Source: an uncultured Eubacteriales bacterium
GTDB lineage: Bacteria > Bacillota > Clostridia > Christensenellales > UBA1242
DNA length: 64,000 nucleotides
NCBI GenBank assembly: GCA_949077035.1
Contig: CARUPR010000004.1
Location: 29,721-93,720 of the forward strand
Reading direction: 5' to 3'
Of this stretch, positions 13,301-21,334 are shown one piece after another. How positions within the stretch are numbered: position 1 is the first letter of the stretch; each line of letters opens with the position of its first letter. Under the pieces are notes generated by a model. That model did not search any database. It saw only the letters and a program-made list of their open reading frames with translations, and was not told the DNA's origin. The translations under genes were made by a program, and so were the position numbers.

Positions 13301-16300
13301 ATGAAGTTTCAATCAATGTTTCAGCATTGGAGCTTGACCTATCAAGCCTTGAAATTATCAAAAATTATGATGAAACAACCCTCCTTCCAGAGGACCTTAA
13401 CACAAATATAGACCAATTTATCTTAAATGGTGACTTGGTTGCAATCGACCTTGCAAAAGGCGGTTATCAAACTGCTGAGGTTGGAGAGGACAAGAAGGTT
13501 GTCATTGTGCTTGGTGGCGCTGACGCGGCAAACTATACTGTCAAAGATAATGTCACAGGCACTATCAAAGCATTTACAATCAATGTTGTTGTAAATGCAA
13601 GCACCGAACATATCGACCTTGTCACAAGAGGCAGATTTGTTGAAGACGGATTGCTTCCATCAGGCGATAATGCAACATTCATTGTTGGTTATCCAAACAA
13701 CCAAAGTGGAGAAGACATTTTAAAAACATTCAAAGCACCAACCAGAAAGGGGTATAGCTTCTCTGGCTGGAAGATTAAACAGGGTGAAGGTTATATCGCC
13801 TTTGACAAAGACAATATCGAAAGCGTATTAAGAGAACTTTCTCTAAGCAGTGAAGAAGATAATGTAAATCTTACAATCTATGCTGTTTGGGAGATTGAAA
13901 AATATGAAATCGATATCACAGGTGAGCAAATTCAAAATATTGCAATTACAGCAAATCCAGTTTATGCATTAAGCGAAACTGATGGAAAACAATATGTTGA
14001 ATATTTCAGTGACCTTCAAATTGAAATTACAGGAAATCGCGGATACAAGATTAGGTCTTACAATCTTGCTATCGGCCAGTCAGAAGACAAAAATCTGTCT
14101 GATACAAACAAAAATAAAGGGACAATAACCTTTGATAAGATTGCTTCAAGAATTGAGCTTGTTGTCACCTTTGAAGATATTATAATCAATTTCAATATCG
14201 ACTTTAATATGCCAAAATTCACAAACAGAGTTGATAATAATTCACTAAATCAAGCTTTTGGATATTTCGCTCTTGCAAATATCACAAGAGATGACCTGCC
14301 AGTATTGGCTGTTAGTGAAGGCACATATAAGTTTTTAGGATATTCTTATCAAGAAAATCTTCTCGATGAAAATCCACTTAAAGATTTAATTGACCAAATT
14401 TTCATTGACCTTAATGAAGACCAATCGGTAATTTTAATGGCAATGTGGCAGGGTGAAAACTATTTAATCACCTTTGACCCAACTCAAGGTGTGATTGCTG
14501 ATGCGGCTTCAAAAACAATTACCGGTGTCTATGGCCAGGCAATCTATCCTTTCCCAAATGCATATCTTGAGGGAAGAGAGCCAGCTTGGACTGACAAAAA
14601 TGGCAAGATTTACAATGAAAGTGACCTTCTTGCAACAATTGGCGAGAAAGGTGAAAATAATGTATATTCAATCACCTTGACAGCAGACTGGATAAGCCAA
14701 AGCTATGATATTGCAATCACCTTTGATGAAGGCTTGACAGTTAAGGTTGGCGGCCAAGAGATTGTAAGCGGTGCAAACTTTACCTTGGTTTATGGCCAAG
14801 ATAATCTTACCCTTGAAATCACTGCAAAGAAAGGTTATGGATTTATCTATAACAGCAAATCTATCAAAGCAAAGATAGAGGAAATAAATGGCAGAATTGT
14901 CATCAGCAATCTCTATGAAGATGGCACATTGCATTTCACTTTAGAGCCAAATGTAAACACTCTTACACTCTTCAATTCAAATGTAGACAGCTTTGAAGTG
15001 TATGTTGATGAAGTCAAGGTGGAAAGCCAGACAACAATTTCAGCACGCACTGGCCAAAATGTTGAGGTGATTTATAAGGCTAAGAAGGGTTATAACTTTG
15101 ATAGCACAAGTTATAATTTCAGAGGTGAAGGCAGCTTTACAACAGAGCTTTCTCAAGACGGAAAAACACTTTCTGTGAAATGGGAAGACTTCACCGGCAA
15201 TGCGGTTATCACAGTTGATGGCGTTGCTTCAATACTTAAAGTGACAATAGGTGATGTAAGAGATATATTCATGCGTCTTACCTTTGGCACAACAAATATA
15301 AATCTCAGCGGTGACACCTTTATGGTGAGGACGGGCGAAAGATTTGTAATCTATGGTGTTATGGCCTATGGTTATACAGCAGGCCTGCCAAGCACTGGAA
15401 TTGTCAACTATGTTGAAGAGGGCAGTGTAAACAATTATTATTCTGAAGAAGACAAATATTATCATTTCACAGCAGCTTTGTCTGGCTTTGATGAAGACTT
15501 TGCAATAAGCTTCCTTGCAAAAGCAAGAAGTTTCAACTTTAAAGTCAGCGTGATGCCAGGACTTGAAGAATATGGCGAAATTACCTGCCAAAGCGAGCAA
15601 AAGGTTGACTTTGGAAGTGCAATCGTGCTTAGTCAAAGAGAACTTGTTTCAAACTTTGAGTTTACAGGCTGGATGATTGATGAAAAGGTTATTTCAACAG
15701 AAGGCGAAATCAATTATATAGTTACAAGCGCTATTAAAGATGCTCTTGAAAGGGCTGGAGAAGATGGCGTAATTGAAATCTTTGCTGTTTATGCAAGAAA
15801 GGCAAGAGATATCGCTCTTACTGCACGCACTTCAAATAACCCTGAAACAAACAAAAATGGTTTCATCGCATCTCAAATTGATGAAAACATTGTAGTTGAA
15901 GTAAACGGAACTACATCTGCTAAGTTCTATTTAGGATTAAATCTTGATATTAAACTTAATATGGCTGTTGGATATGAGCTGGATTATGTTTTAATTGATG
16001 GCAGCAGAATCAATTTAAATGAAGAACAATATCATTTCGATGGCACAAATTTTGTCATTGCACTTGACCTTGACAGCACAATAAGCTCTCTTGAAATTGT
16101 GTTTAAGGCAGGAAAGATTGAAGTGATTGTTCAGGCAGGGACTATCATAAATTATGTTGACCATTTAGGAACTGACGCTGGTGGTAGTGTTTGGGCGGTT
16201 GACAAAAATGGCGATAGACTTGGTGATGATGTTTATAAAGAATATCAGGGCAATCTTTTGATTGGTGCAAACTATAAATTAATTTCTCATACTGATGAGG

Positions 16301-18855
16301 TATTGTATTTTGAAGTTGAAGCTAAAAATGGTTTCACACCTTCAATAATGGCAAGTGTTGGTCTAATTGTAAATGAGCTTAACATCAACGGCAGAAAAAT
16401 TTATGCAATCTCTGGTGCAACAGAGGATTCTAAGATTACAGTTTTATTCACTGCACGTGAAAACAAACTTAAGATTATCTTTGCAAATGAAGGTGAAGAT
16501 ATTAAGCCTGTCCATGGCGGTGTAATTGTTGTTGACACATCTTCTGCTTTGGTTTCTTCAAACCCAAGTCGTGGTGACAATATCAATGTTTCAGTTGTGA
16601 CAGGTGGCTCATTAAACTTCACAGTAAGTTCAATGATTTCCTATTCACTTGTTGTGGATGAAAATGGTTATATCAAATATGATGTGATTGGCGGCGAGGA
16701 TAATGGAAATATTGTTGCAAGCAAGGTTGAAAGCCAAGACCCTGTTCAAACAGGCACAGGCTTTACTGGCATTGCAAATATGACAATAAATGATGTTATC
16801 TCTGACGGAACCATTGTCATCTATGTTAAACCAAAGGAATATTCAATCAAATTTGTAGTTGATGCTGAAAGAGATATCTCTGTGACTATGAGTGAAAAAG
16901 TCAGATATGGCGAAGAATGGTCACTTGACAGCTTGTCAGCAAGCGAAAAGGGCAAGATTTTTGCCTCTAAAAAAGACTTTACCTTCACAGGGTATTATAC
17001 TGCAGAAAATTCTTATGGAATTCAATATATCGATAGATATGGCGAAGTTGTATTAAGCTGGCAACACAGCGGCTACTCTTATGACGGAAGCAAATATAAG
17101 GCAGACGGAAACTTTGACCCAGAAACTGACACATTCACCCTTTATGCTGGTTGGATTTTCAATAGGGCATCGGTGAGAGTTGAGGTTATCCCAGTTTCGG
17201 CGATTGAAAATAAAAACTTCAATATTCGTTCTTTCGCAACAAATATCAACAGCTTTGACCCATGGATTGACCAAAATGATTTATGGTATGCTGAAATAGG
17301 CGTTGGAAGCGTGCTTAATTTCGCAGCTCCAAAGATTGACGGTTATGTTTTTGCAGGCTTCACCCTTCAATTTGAAGGCGGTGAAGAAATTGCCCAAGAT
17401 AAGACTTTCAATCTCACTCTTGAGATGGGCGATTATATTGTTCGGGCAAGATACAATCCAATTGTAAAAATCACAGTTAAAAACAACAACAATAATATGG
17501 CAGATGGTGGAAATTCATTTGCAAGACAAGATGGCGGAATAATCAGCGAAAGCTATGATATAAACAAGCTTTTAAGTCTTGTTTCAACTCCAACAAAGGG
17601 ATATAATTTCCTTTACTGGATTGATGAAAAAACAGAGGAAATCTATTATGGCAAACCAAATTCAAATGGCGAAATTGTATTTGACTTTGAAAGCCTTATA
17701 GACAGACCACTCTATCTTACTGCTGTCTTTGAAGGAAAATCAATCGCAGTAACCTTTGACTATTCTATTCTTGCAAATACTCATAAATTGCTTGATGTCA
17801 AGGTAAATGGCAAAGTTGTTGATTATAACAATCCTTTCACAGCCCTTGTTGGTGACACAATTGTTGTTCGCGTCAAGAAGGCAAGAGGATATGGCTTTGA
17901 CAATAGCCTGTTCGATAGGGTGTATGATGAGATAAATGACTGCTATGTATTTACTTATACAATAAGTGTTGATGACTTGACTGAGATTGACAGCACAAAA
18001 TATTCACTTTATTTGGCAATTCCAATCACAAAAGAGGATATTTCAATCACCTTTAATATAAAGGTATCTCAACCAATTGATAATAAAGAACATTTGAAAG
18101 GCGGATATCTTGAATATTCTGTTGATGCAAATAAGTCTTTGAAGATTGAAAGTGGAAAACCTGTTGTATTTAAGTATGGCGATATTTATAATATTCGCAT
18201 CAATCCAAATGCAAACTATGCTTTCCTTAAAGCTTATTTGAAGGTTGATGGTGCACTTTATGATGTTTCGAAATATGTATCAAACAATCTTCTTCAAATA
18301 AATAAAGAACTTATCGACAGATACTTTAATTATAGTTTGACATTCGACATACATTTTGTAAGACTTCTTTGGACAGATGAAGAGGCAAGAGCTTCTGAAT
18401 TTGCAGGCCTTGGCACAGCAAAAGAGCCATATAGACTGGCTTCAGCAAAAGATTTTGCTCTTATGGCATATCTTGTCAACAATGGTCTAGAAAATGAAGA
18501 GGGCGTAAAATACAGCAAATGCTTCTATAAAGTGACAAACGATATTGACTTCTATGGCAGATTCTGGGAGCCTATCGGCACAGAAGAAAATCCATTTGAC
18601 GGAACAATCGATATTGGCAAACACACATTCAAAAATGTCAGCCATTATAAGAGCTATCCATCTCCTAAGTTATCCTATACCGGTCTTTTCTGGCATATAG
18701 GAAAGGATGCAAGATTTAATGTTGACAAACAATCATTTACAATAATTATTATTGTAGTTTGCGTGCTTGTGTTTGTGATTATCTTAATCGTGCTTTTAAT
18801 CATCCTTCTTACAATAAGAAGAAAGAAGAAGCTTGAAAAACTTGCAAATCAATAA
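4342..18855 (+). CDS. Giant (~4,837 aa) cell-surface repeat protein. N-terminal signal peptide, GLUG-like modules at both ends, MBG-like and Listeria-Bacteroides-type repeats, C-terminal TM anchor.
   Basis: Uninterrupted 14.5-kb ORF. AGGAGG lies 5-6 nt before the ATG at 4342 (MLKKMSKSICFFLLVLFMAG...). GLUG-like 'FAGVFYGNGHTISNITI...NLGLFGKI...CGTLVG' occurs near the N-terminus and 'FDGTIDIGKHTFKNV...YTGLFWHIG' near the C-terminus. Repeats of the type 'GYSFSGWKI...LTIYAVWEI', 'FEFTGWMI...IEIFAVYA' and 'FTFTGYYT...FTLYAGWIF' are present. The last 45 aa are a hydrophobic helix followed by RRKKK. Confidence 0.85.
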   Translation: MLKKMSKSICFFLLVLFMAGSFCLFPKLKVGFSDALNYEQYISEHTQGETYNAIFEEIYNNDYNEYVYEGESFVEHYYQYKDINAQNNSALFGSEYFNQERFGHKNVMVITTAEQLAEVAFWISWGNDICQIMAPIVREDFNSQEEYESALEEQEMQLKLLGIEGKLPPITFISDNEGNQDVFMENPFRMGIYSLEADLDLSGSLWTPIGNSNSEFAGVFYGNGHTISNITIDDVTSSEGNSNVNLGLFGKISEATICDLVIGGSNTIVSSSTNANCGTLVGSTNRSYIINCFDKSTSKTGTNNKELSPIGKIESSGDNESYFYAGNSFDGKTPICKNITEYFQTVITDSFDTYVGVYNAGEGEFKIGNEKWYDRSPDSDSKTLRTLFKVVYYRGENNTNLTKVVPINEKPYMLRSNIHYASAPKLRIETTNENEVYVIKPGFKASFRTEYKSQELFMFAFKPGTDLDDNSDENLENNVLYDQDLIDQGEAPYNAYLVSPMGIDISYEEATINTTFDYGYSSSRSYETLTFPYDTPFCEIFEEHPGLLQRAGYELDEFYKIINPDNTKTAVNIETADDYKDSYINDNERYFLTWNYNDKIQRNFGIKFAYSSEEGGKMAENFSSVDKMKGFVAHDENGVAKIEGIKEASAGMLEEGIIYENSANFAEGSDNYTFKITLAQGYKLVSASGYDPSMHTYTKTPEIVNNKANVRLGAYPSFTNMTGKGYDYDGSETKNNDSYNSVLIEAGRVRDKDNEDDQIIPLPGGERTYNERAAFAKEKEYIVNVNNVVGPGGHVILVIERDWTYVDVTPHMVDDTVDISYFIEDGIYLNKNGDAVDKNNNLFYDNQGNILVDYPSAVIYYGKGKPFDKNNEIFIDENGIATYPDAIFNGIENEEGVFERPVIKEDGSNCYILQMRKGDSINLTISVGTAVGTVDRYLLNVETDNFMKANDGENESGFTTYKISYPNQGVWGAENPEEDFFNVWDVNLNNTKEYSNTFRPYIGDIKTKVAINLYKNDFDEQDNMVNVQPLDDMTGIGVTINGATKYQNVTGELVGMAIKGEIASTRSGKYEAHKVVISEYKGQSSSQEVDLGGASARAEYPKTITLYNPEKPEKGEYPDEYYWTRGSSVDMMFRKAFTHDSDDPIYQVDVYYKQRKYDINIEYYAGSNLTAVKPSEGEVAVIPEASVDQIKPEFADRYFSNASFGFASQSPSILIPGGGTYNFGFKLNSTGKGVLSYAGYELYQDGKVKVRYQNSANPEQWEKEGFTNSSLVEPENPGISDENFELTLGGYDTKIKIFFEYRSVNLLIDKVHVLNEEGYLGLEDKALLQYTIEGLTFKIGANGELSLTNGSDQLDSISIHSQFYLLGWYLQNGKMVNVDSEGNFNGLLTNSDFVGEIAELGADKENGYVNNSIAALVGRRTVSASYNAGAAGFGKLYENGTLDDADRRFTEVNDNALHMVKAGQNIVYNQIIGLSRFAFYNLGYKFNGYRPNGVTIDGGTFVSFGNVVIDENGNITYTISGSGWDQLFKLAKENGAIINDINSDGFQNWNMLAENDLHRRAEVELIANWQLISYSAIIDGSTIVSDSSTGKTGLSIGDTIYYTTTPAPNHKNGLATYVINGTTLSGQTIFGYYAKGYKIWQNSEEICFESLGDGEANKITITPEIFELFIKEEYKFKENTGDDNIFINTIREEADYYVFLENSENNYYRYDWNENLDTNDYGQIIDGRIAINVKYNNPATNIIKAIEDKVLVVNRYGYTEDKNLWSIAGNAGQSVTMFKPQDKYLTTGDSFIVPTWIKDEQGATKSEINFTEEARDIRNFYLLNDFNIISAAASGNHVEDGIDISRKPILNNGEQIVGFKFILSANGGEEMVFENIKEFNINNLNLSGAYTIKFVIDVKDTLTKYNEEGAYSIEYASPSRILSFNMVKNELHFFENDFASVYNGSNAWTPSAANNYGKFMLKFNWKGDNKANSGNLSEYSIGVLDDYFTDFAIEGDYNASASSRDKKNLKFKFNPERPILGNEELNYFELISNVIEEEGQYYILLENVLTIEKAKFTIHFPNGSAYRFDNINAVVYENVDKLNFTGDFANGKTFGYTFDKIMLLVNDAAVYTGKEDYNQDKDIFTIYGLKFANDFESNFEWNIANYNNHGDSRFILKEIGSAKGYTYNLAYLLSSQGKLNDTLASQYLGESGRIELSNLIIDGKPYQLPNTNQGSIQVGNDIIFSYAGNGTNNLKLFVNDEVMAIYPFSVRLNIILSDEAMNGLKLLTWTNNPNVSMLDAMFETWQESGWSTTISPSVTDGQNNELTAVLTDVVKVFVNYNTGTNGDNELNEIIYVSVADNILKVSNPIHEEGRYLTFNGYNKPSNSRLDITFDPLWTSFSVKNSCSVEYITAKWKFDEFDFNSYSEIALYANAGEIEQNLSSFVTVDAPNGSSITASMTSVDGKTSFAYNANNASFVIKDENGLAGANLTGKYQISVTLTYNDGFGDQRLTKTCDIKLILNKKMINFYIVNQNLTYNNSVQNVSILLEMDDESKEVNLQSLPKIDNSMDNQYHFYINILDKNNQISVLRNAGTYTIRATVDSKLQNVYQFINDEITIDKELTIKQYTISLKNYNDQIEFIKYVGTNDPVLSYDIEIEHDSESEIVEILFERESGGAVGSYLLINPKFIEDADKNNYKLNLAGFEAYLVIETPNANLQIEFKERPSYVYNSLAVNRQVVTVENNKFILSLYNDDTLLDQVEFDLYYLSVNGEEVEKVYISDDAKQDHIRLINFSFENISANAGDYPLSVTLNEVEDFDYTGIEFVDKSISRLKVEKKRLEVLSIAKNFNRNDAIGKNDVTFEGVVDGDEVYISGRYTQVTVGQNIKLSGVTLAGSAALNYSIADVTYYGEIIAVDGGSVIFSINETEFVYGQFNNNLTINEAFALTKGYILSIGGITEDVKNGYVQASAVVISEGDLSSGGYLKAGRKTIKFVFTSENFTNLQREGYEVSINVSALELDLSSLEIIKNYDETTLLPEDLNTNIDQFILNGDLVAIDLAKGGYQTAEVGEDKKVVIVLGGADAANYTVKDNVTGTIKAFTINVVVNASTEHIDLVTRGRFVEDGLLPSGDNATFIVGYPNNQSGEDILKTFKAPTRKGYSFSGWKIKQGEGYIAFDKDNIESVLRELSLSSEEDNVNLTIYAVWEIEKYEIDITGEQIQNIAITANPVYALSETDGKQYVEYFSDLQIEITGNRGYKIRSYNLAIGQSEDKNLSDTNKNKGTITFDKIASRIELVVTFEDIIINFNIDFNMPKFTNRVDNNSLNQAFGYFALANITRDDLPVLAVSEGTYKFLGYSYQENLLDENPLKDLIDQIFIDLNEDQSVILMAMWQGENYLITFDPTQGVIADAASKTITGVYGQAIYPFPNAYLEGREPAWTDKNGKIYNESDLLATIGEKGENNVYSITLTADWISQSYDIAITFDEGLTVKVGGQEIVSGANFTLVYGQDNLTLEITAKKGYGFIYNSKSIKAKIEEINGRIVISNLYEDGTLHFTLEPNVNTLTLFNSNVDSFEVYVDEVKVESQTTISARTGQNVEVIYKAKKGYNFDSTSYNFRGEGSFTTELSQDGKTLSVKWEDFTGNAVITVDGVASILKVTIGDVRDIFMRLTFGTTNINLSGDTFMVRTGERFVIYGVMAYGYTAGLPSTGIVNYVEEGSVNNYYSEEDKYYHFTAALSGFDEDFAISFLAKARSFNFKVSVMPGLEEYGEITCQSEQKVDFGSAIVLSQRELVSNFEFTGWMIDEKVISTEGEINYIVTSAIKDALERAGEDGVIEIFAVYARKARDIALTARTSNNPETNKNGFIASQIDENIVVEVNGTTSAKFYLGLNLDIKLNMAVGYELDYVLIDGSRINLNEEQYHFDGTNFVIALDLDSTISSLEIVFKAGKIEVIVQAGTIINYVDHLGTDAGGSVWAVDKNGDRLGDDVYKEYQGNLLIGANYKLISHTDEVLYFEVEAKNGFTPSIMASVGLIVNELNINGRKIYAISGATEDSKITVLFTARENKLKIIFANEGEDIKPVHGGVIVVDTSSALVSSNPSRGDNINVSVVTGGSLNFTVSSMISYSLVVDENGYIKYDVIGGEDNGNIVASKVESQDPVQTGTGFTGIANMTINDVISDGTIVIYVKPKEYSIKFVVDAERDISVTMSEKVRYGEEWSLDSLSASEKGKIFASKKDFTFTGYYTAENSYGIQYIDRYGEVVLSWQHSGYSYDGSKYKADGNFDPETDTFTLYAGWIFNRASVRVEVIPVSAIENKNFNIRSFATNINSFDPWIDQNDLWYAEIGVGSVLNFAAPKIDGYVFAGFTLQFEGGEEIAQDKTFNLTLEMGDYIVRARYNPIVKITVKNNNNNMADGGNSFARQDGGIISESYDINKLLSLVSTPTKGYNFLYWIDEKTEEIYYGKPNSNGEIVFDFESLIDRPLYLTAVFEGKSIAVTFDYSILANTHKLLDVKVNGKVVDYNNPFTALVGDTIVVRVKKARGYGFDNSLFDRVYDEINDCYVFTYTISVDDLTEIDSTKYSLYLAIPITKEDISITFNIKVSQPIDNKEHLKGGYLEYSVDANKSLKIESGKPVVFKYGDIYNIRINPNANYAFLKAYLKVDGALYDVSKYVSNNLLQINKELIDRYFNYSLTFDIHFVRLLWTDEEARASEFAGLGTAKEPYRLASAKDFALMAYLVNNGLENEEGVKYSKCFYKVTNDIDFYGRFWEPIGTEENPFDGTIDIGKHTFKNVSHYKSYPSPKLSYTGLFWHIGKDARFNVDKQSFTIIIIVVCVLVFVIILIVLLIILLTIRRKKKLEKLANQ

Positions 18856-18930
18856 TGCTGAATTGAAATTTAAATTGATTATTGAAATCAATAATACAAT
18901 TTTAAAACATCAAATTGGCAGATTGGCAGA

Positions 18931-18968
18931 AAAAACCACGGAAACTTCCGTGGTTTTTTTGTTTTTTT
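18931..18968 (+). terminator. Rho-independent terminator after the giant gene
   Basis: Stem aaccacggaa/ttccgtggtt with a 3-nt loop, then a T-run. Confidence 0.85.
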
Positions 18969-19116
18969 AAATTAAGTTTTATTTTAAACAATTTTTTAAT
19001 TTATCAAAATTTTATTAATAATATGTTTTTGTTTATATTAATTTCTTTTTTAATTTCAAATAAATTTTATTAAAAATATGTTTTTGTTTAATAAAAACGA
19101 TTGAACTTAAAATTTC

Positions 19117-19860
19117 TTATTTGGCTTTATCTTCACCCTTTTTCAATTTGTTTTCAATCTTTTTCAGCTTTCTTTTTTCAGCCCTCTTTTCCTGCCAGTC
19201 TTTAAGTTTATCGCCTGTATGGCAAACTCTGACTATTGGATATACAATAAGCATGATGTCAAAAGATGCAAGTATGTCAAGGAAATAATGTTGTTTGGTA
19301 AACACAGTTGACATACAAATAAGAATTGAAATGATGATTGCTGCATAGATGAAAATCTTATTCATCTTTCTTTCATTGCCTTTGCCGTTTGCAGTCAGAC
19401 AACCAATGATGATTGCGATTGCCATAAAGCAGTGCTGAGAAGGAAAATTGTTTACCGGAGCGGTGGCTCCCCATGTCATAACAACAAGTTTTTCTGTAAA
19501 GGTTGAAGGTTCAAAATCAGGTTTTGTCAATATGGTTTCTGCAAAGAAATATATTAGCCCTGAAATTATAAAACATATTACAAGTGTGACATAAAGATTA
19601 TAAAATGCTTTTTTGTTTGTATAAGCAAGATAGAAAAACAGAAAAATTCCAAGCGGGAAAGTCAAATAATAGACATAGATAAAGTGTGGGACAAGAGGGA
19701 TATATTCATCAAATATAGAAATGTGATATTGAGAGGCATTGATTATGCCTGCATTATAAAGCATTTCCATCCCAAAAAAGGATAGAAACAATATTATCGC
19801 AAATATAAGAAAGGGGATGATAGCATATCTTATCCTCATAAAGATATTTTTTAATTTCAT
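19117..19860 (-). CDS. Integral membrane protein, PAP2-superfamily-like (phosphatase / PAP2_C type)
   Basis: Multi-TM protein carrying 'PSQH' and 'TKQHYFLDILAS', which resemble the PSGH and SRx5Hx3D motifs of PAP2 enzymes. Lys-rich C-terminal tail. Confidence 0.5.
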   Translation of the reverse strand: MKLKNIFMRIRYAIIPFLIFAIILFLSFFGMEMLYNAGIINASQYHISIFDEYIPLVPHFIYVYYLTFPLGIFLFFYLAYTNKKAFYNLYVTLVICFIISGLIYFFAETILTKPDFEPSTFTEKLVVMTWGATAPVNNFPSQHCFMAIAIIIGCLTANGKGNERKMNKIFIYAAIIISILICMSTVFTKQHYFLDILASFDIMLIVYPIVRVCHTGDKLKDWQEKRAEKRKLKKIENKLKKGEDKAK

Positions 19861-19889
19861 GTATACCTCTTATTAAATAAGTTTTTTAT

Positions 19890-19982
19890 TGTTGTAATTT
19901 AAATAATTTAGCTTTGGTTTTATTATAATTTAAATAATTTAGCTTTGGTTTTGTTGTAATTTAAATAAATCAGCTTTGGCGG
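19890..19982. repeat. 31-bp tandem repeat x3 in the PAP2-like gene upstream region
   Basis: tgttgtaatttaaataatttagctttggttt / tattataatttaaataatttagctttggttt / tgttgtaatttaaataaatcagctttggcgg. Confidence 0.85.
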
Positions 19983-20063
19983 TCAGTGCTTTTTAGCATT
20001 GAAATTCATTTTCAGCAATAAACATTAAAAGTAATTTTCAATATTAAAAGTCATCTTCAAGGC

Positions 20064-21131
20064 TTAGTTTTCAATTTCAAAATTTTCATCTTCATCTTCA
20101 TAATAGTTTTCAATTTCACAGTTGTTTTCATTATCAGATGAATTTTTAGATGCTTTCTGTGCCTCTTTATTTTCTTGCGCTTGATTTAAATTGAGAGTGT
20201 CAGTTATTATCTCAAATGCTTTTGTAAAAGAATATTCATTTACAAGGTCATAGAAGGTGTCAAAGTGCTCACATTCTTGTTTCATTTTTGCTTCAACATC
20301 TTTTGGATTGCGAATTTTTGTAAAATTTTCTTCAAAGAAATCTGGAGCAATTTCTGCACTTATATGTCCTGCAAGTGTGATGTTGTTTAAATTTTCCTTC
20401 CAAGATGTGATATGTTTGTCATTTTTCTTTGCCATTCCTACAAAGGTAAGTCCATTTTTAAGGGCTATTGATTTGACAGTTGAAACAATATTTTTTAAAC
20501 TATCTTTATGAATTTTCAATTTCCTTATAGAATCGTCTTTCAAAAGTTCTGGGAAATTCATGTATTCATTGTTTAAAAAATATGATTCCGTCTTTTTATA
20601 AGCAAAACTTTTAATATAAGGCTCAAAAAAGTCATTCTTTTGAAGTGTTTTATAGGCATAATATCTTGCATCAAGCTCGGTTGGGTTGCAGCCATAAGCA
20701 AAATCGTCCATGGCTTCAGAAACATCCCAATCTTTCTGTATTGCAGCACAATCTCTGACTAATGGATGCAAATCATCTCCATAACTTAAAAATTGTTTTA
20801 AATGACGAAGCTCATGAACGATGGTGTTGAAGAGCTCACATATAAAAAATTTATTATCAAGTATTTTAAAAAGTTGATACCCTTTTGTGTAGATATCATT
20901 TAATGTCAGAACGCATTTATTATAATCCATCATTCCATTATTATCTTTCATTCTTTTTATATCAAGTGAAACAGATGGCAGGTCATTTTCTTTACAGAAT
21001 TTTTCTATATATGTTTTGATGACATCTTTTAATTTTTCTTCATTTTCAACGTTTTGATAGAAATTTTCATCAATACTTGCAATTATTTGGTCGGTAGAAA
21101 ATTCTTTGATTTTTTCTGTGTATGTGCTCAT
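20064..21131 (-). CDS. Hypothetical protein with an HExxH zinc-metallopeptidase motif (SprT-like arrangement), acidic C-terminal tail
   Basis: 'LFNTIVHELRHLKQF' (HExxH) is preceded by 'DIKRMKDNNGMMDYNKCVLTLN', reminiscent of SprT-like domains. No signal peptide. C-terminus 'YYEDEDENFEIEN'. Confidence 0.45.
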   Translation of the reverse strand: MSTYTEKIKEFSTDQIIASIDENFYQNVENEEKLKDVIKTYIEKFCKENDLPSVSLDIKRMKDNNGMMDYNKCVLTLNDIYTKGYQLFKILDNKFFICELFNTIVHELRHLKQFLSYGDDLHPLVRDCAAIQKDWDVSEAMDDFAYGCNPTELDARYYAYKTLQKNDFFEPYIKSFAYKKTESYFLNNEYMNFPELLKDDSIRKLKIHKDSLKNIVSTVKSIALKNGLTFVGMAKKNDKHITSWKENLNNITLAGHISAEIAPDFFEENFTKIRNPKDVEAKMKQECEHFDTFYDLVNEYSFTKAFEIITDTLNLNQAQENKEAQKASKNSSDNENNCEIENYYEDEDENFEIEN

Positions 21132-21334
21132 AATTTCACCTCAAAAAGATTGTATCATAAATAGAATAATATTTCAATACTTTCAAAATATTTTTTAAAG
21201 AGTTTTGAAATTATTAAAAAATATAGAACTAAAAAATCAAATGATAGCATTGATAGAATAGAAAAATTAAATGAATGAAAAAAACATATCGATAGAATAA
21301 AACATTGATAGAATGGGAAGATTAAAAAAAGAAA

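Noticed and set aside
4423-18518. About 20 ORFs of 60-156 aa, antisense or in alternative frames inside the giant gene (e.g. 9214..9684, 15229..15636).
   Set aside because: All are fully embedded in a 14.5-kb ORF with clear domain content. They have low-complexity, hydrophobic 'shadow' translations typical of AT-rich antisense frames, and no RBS.
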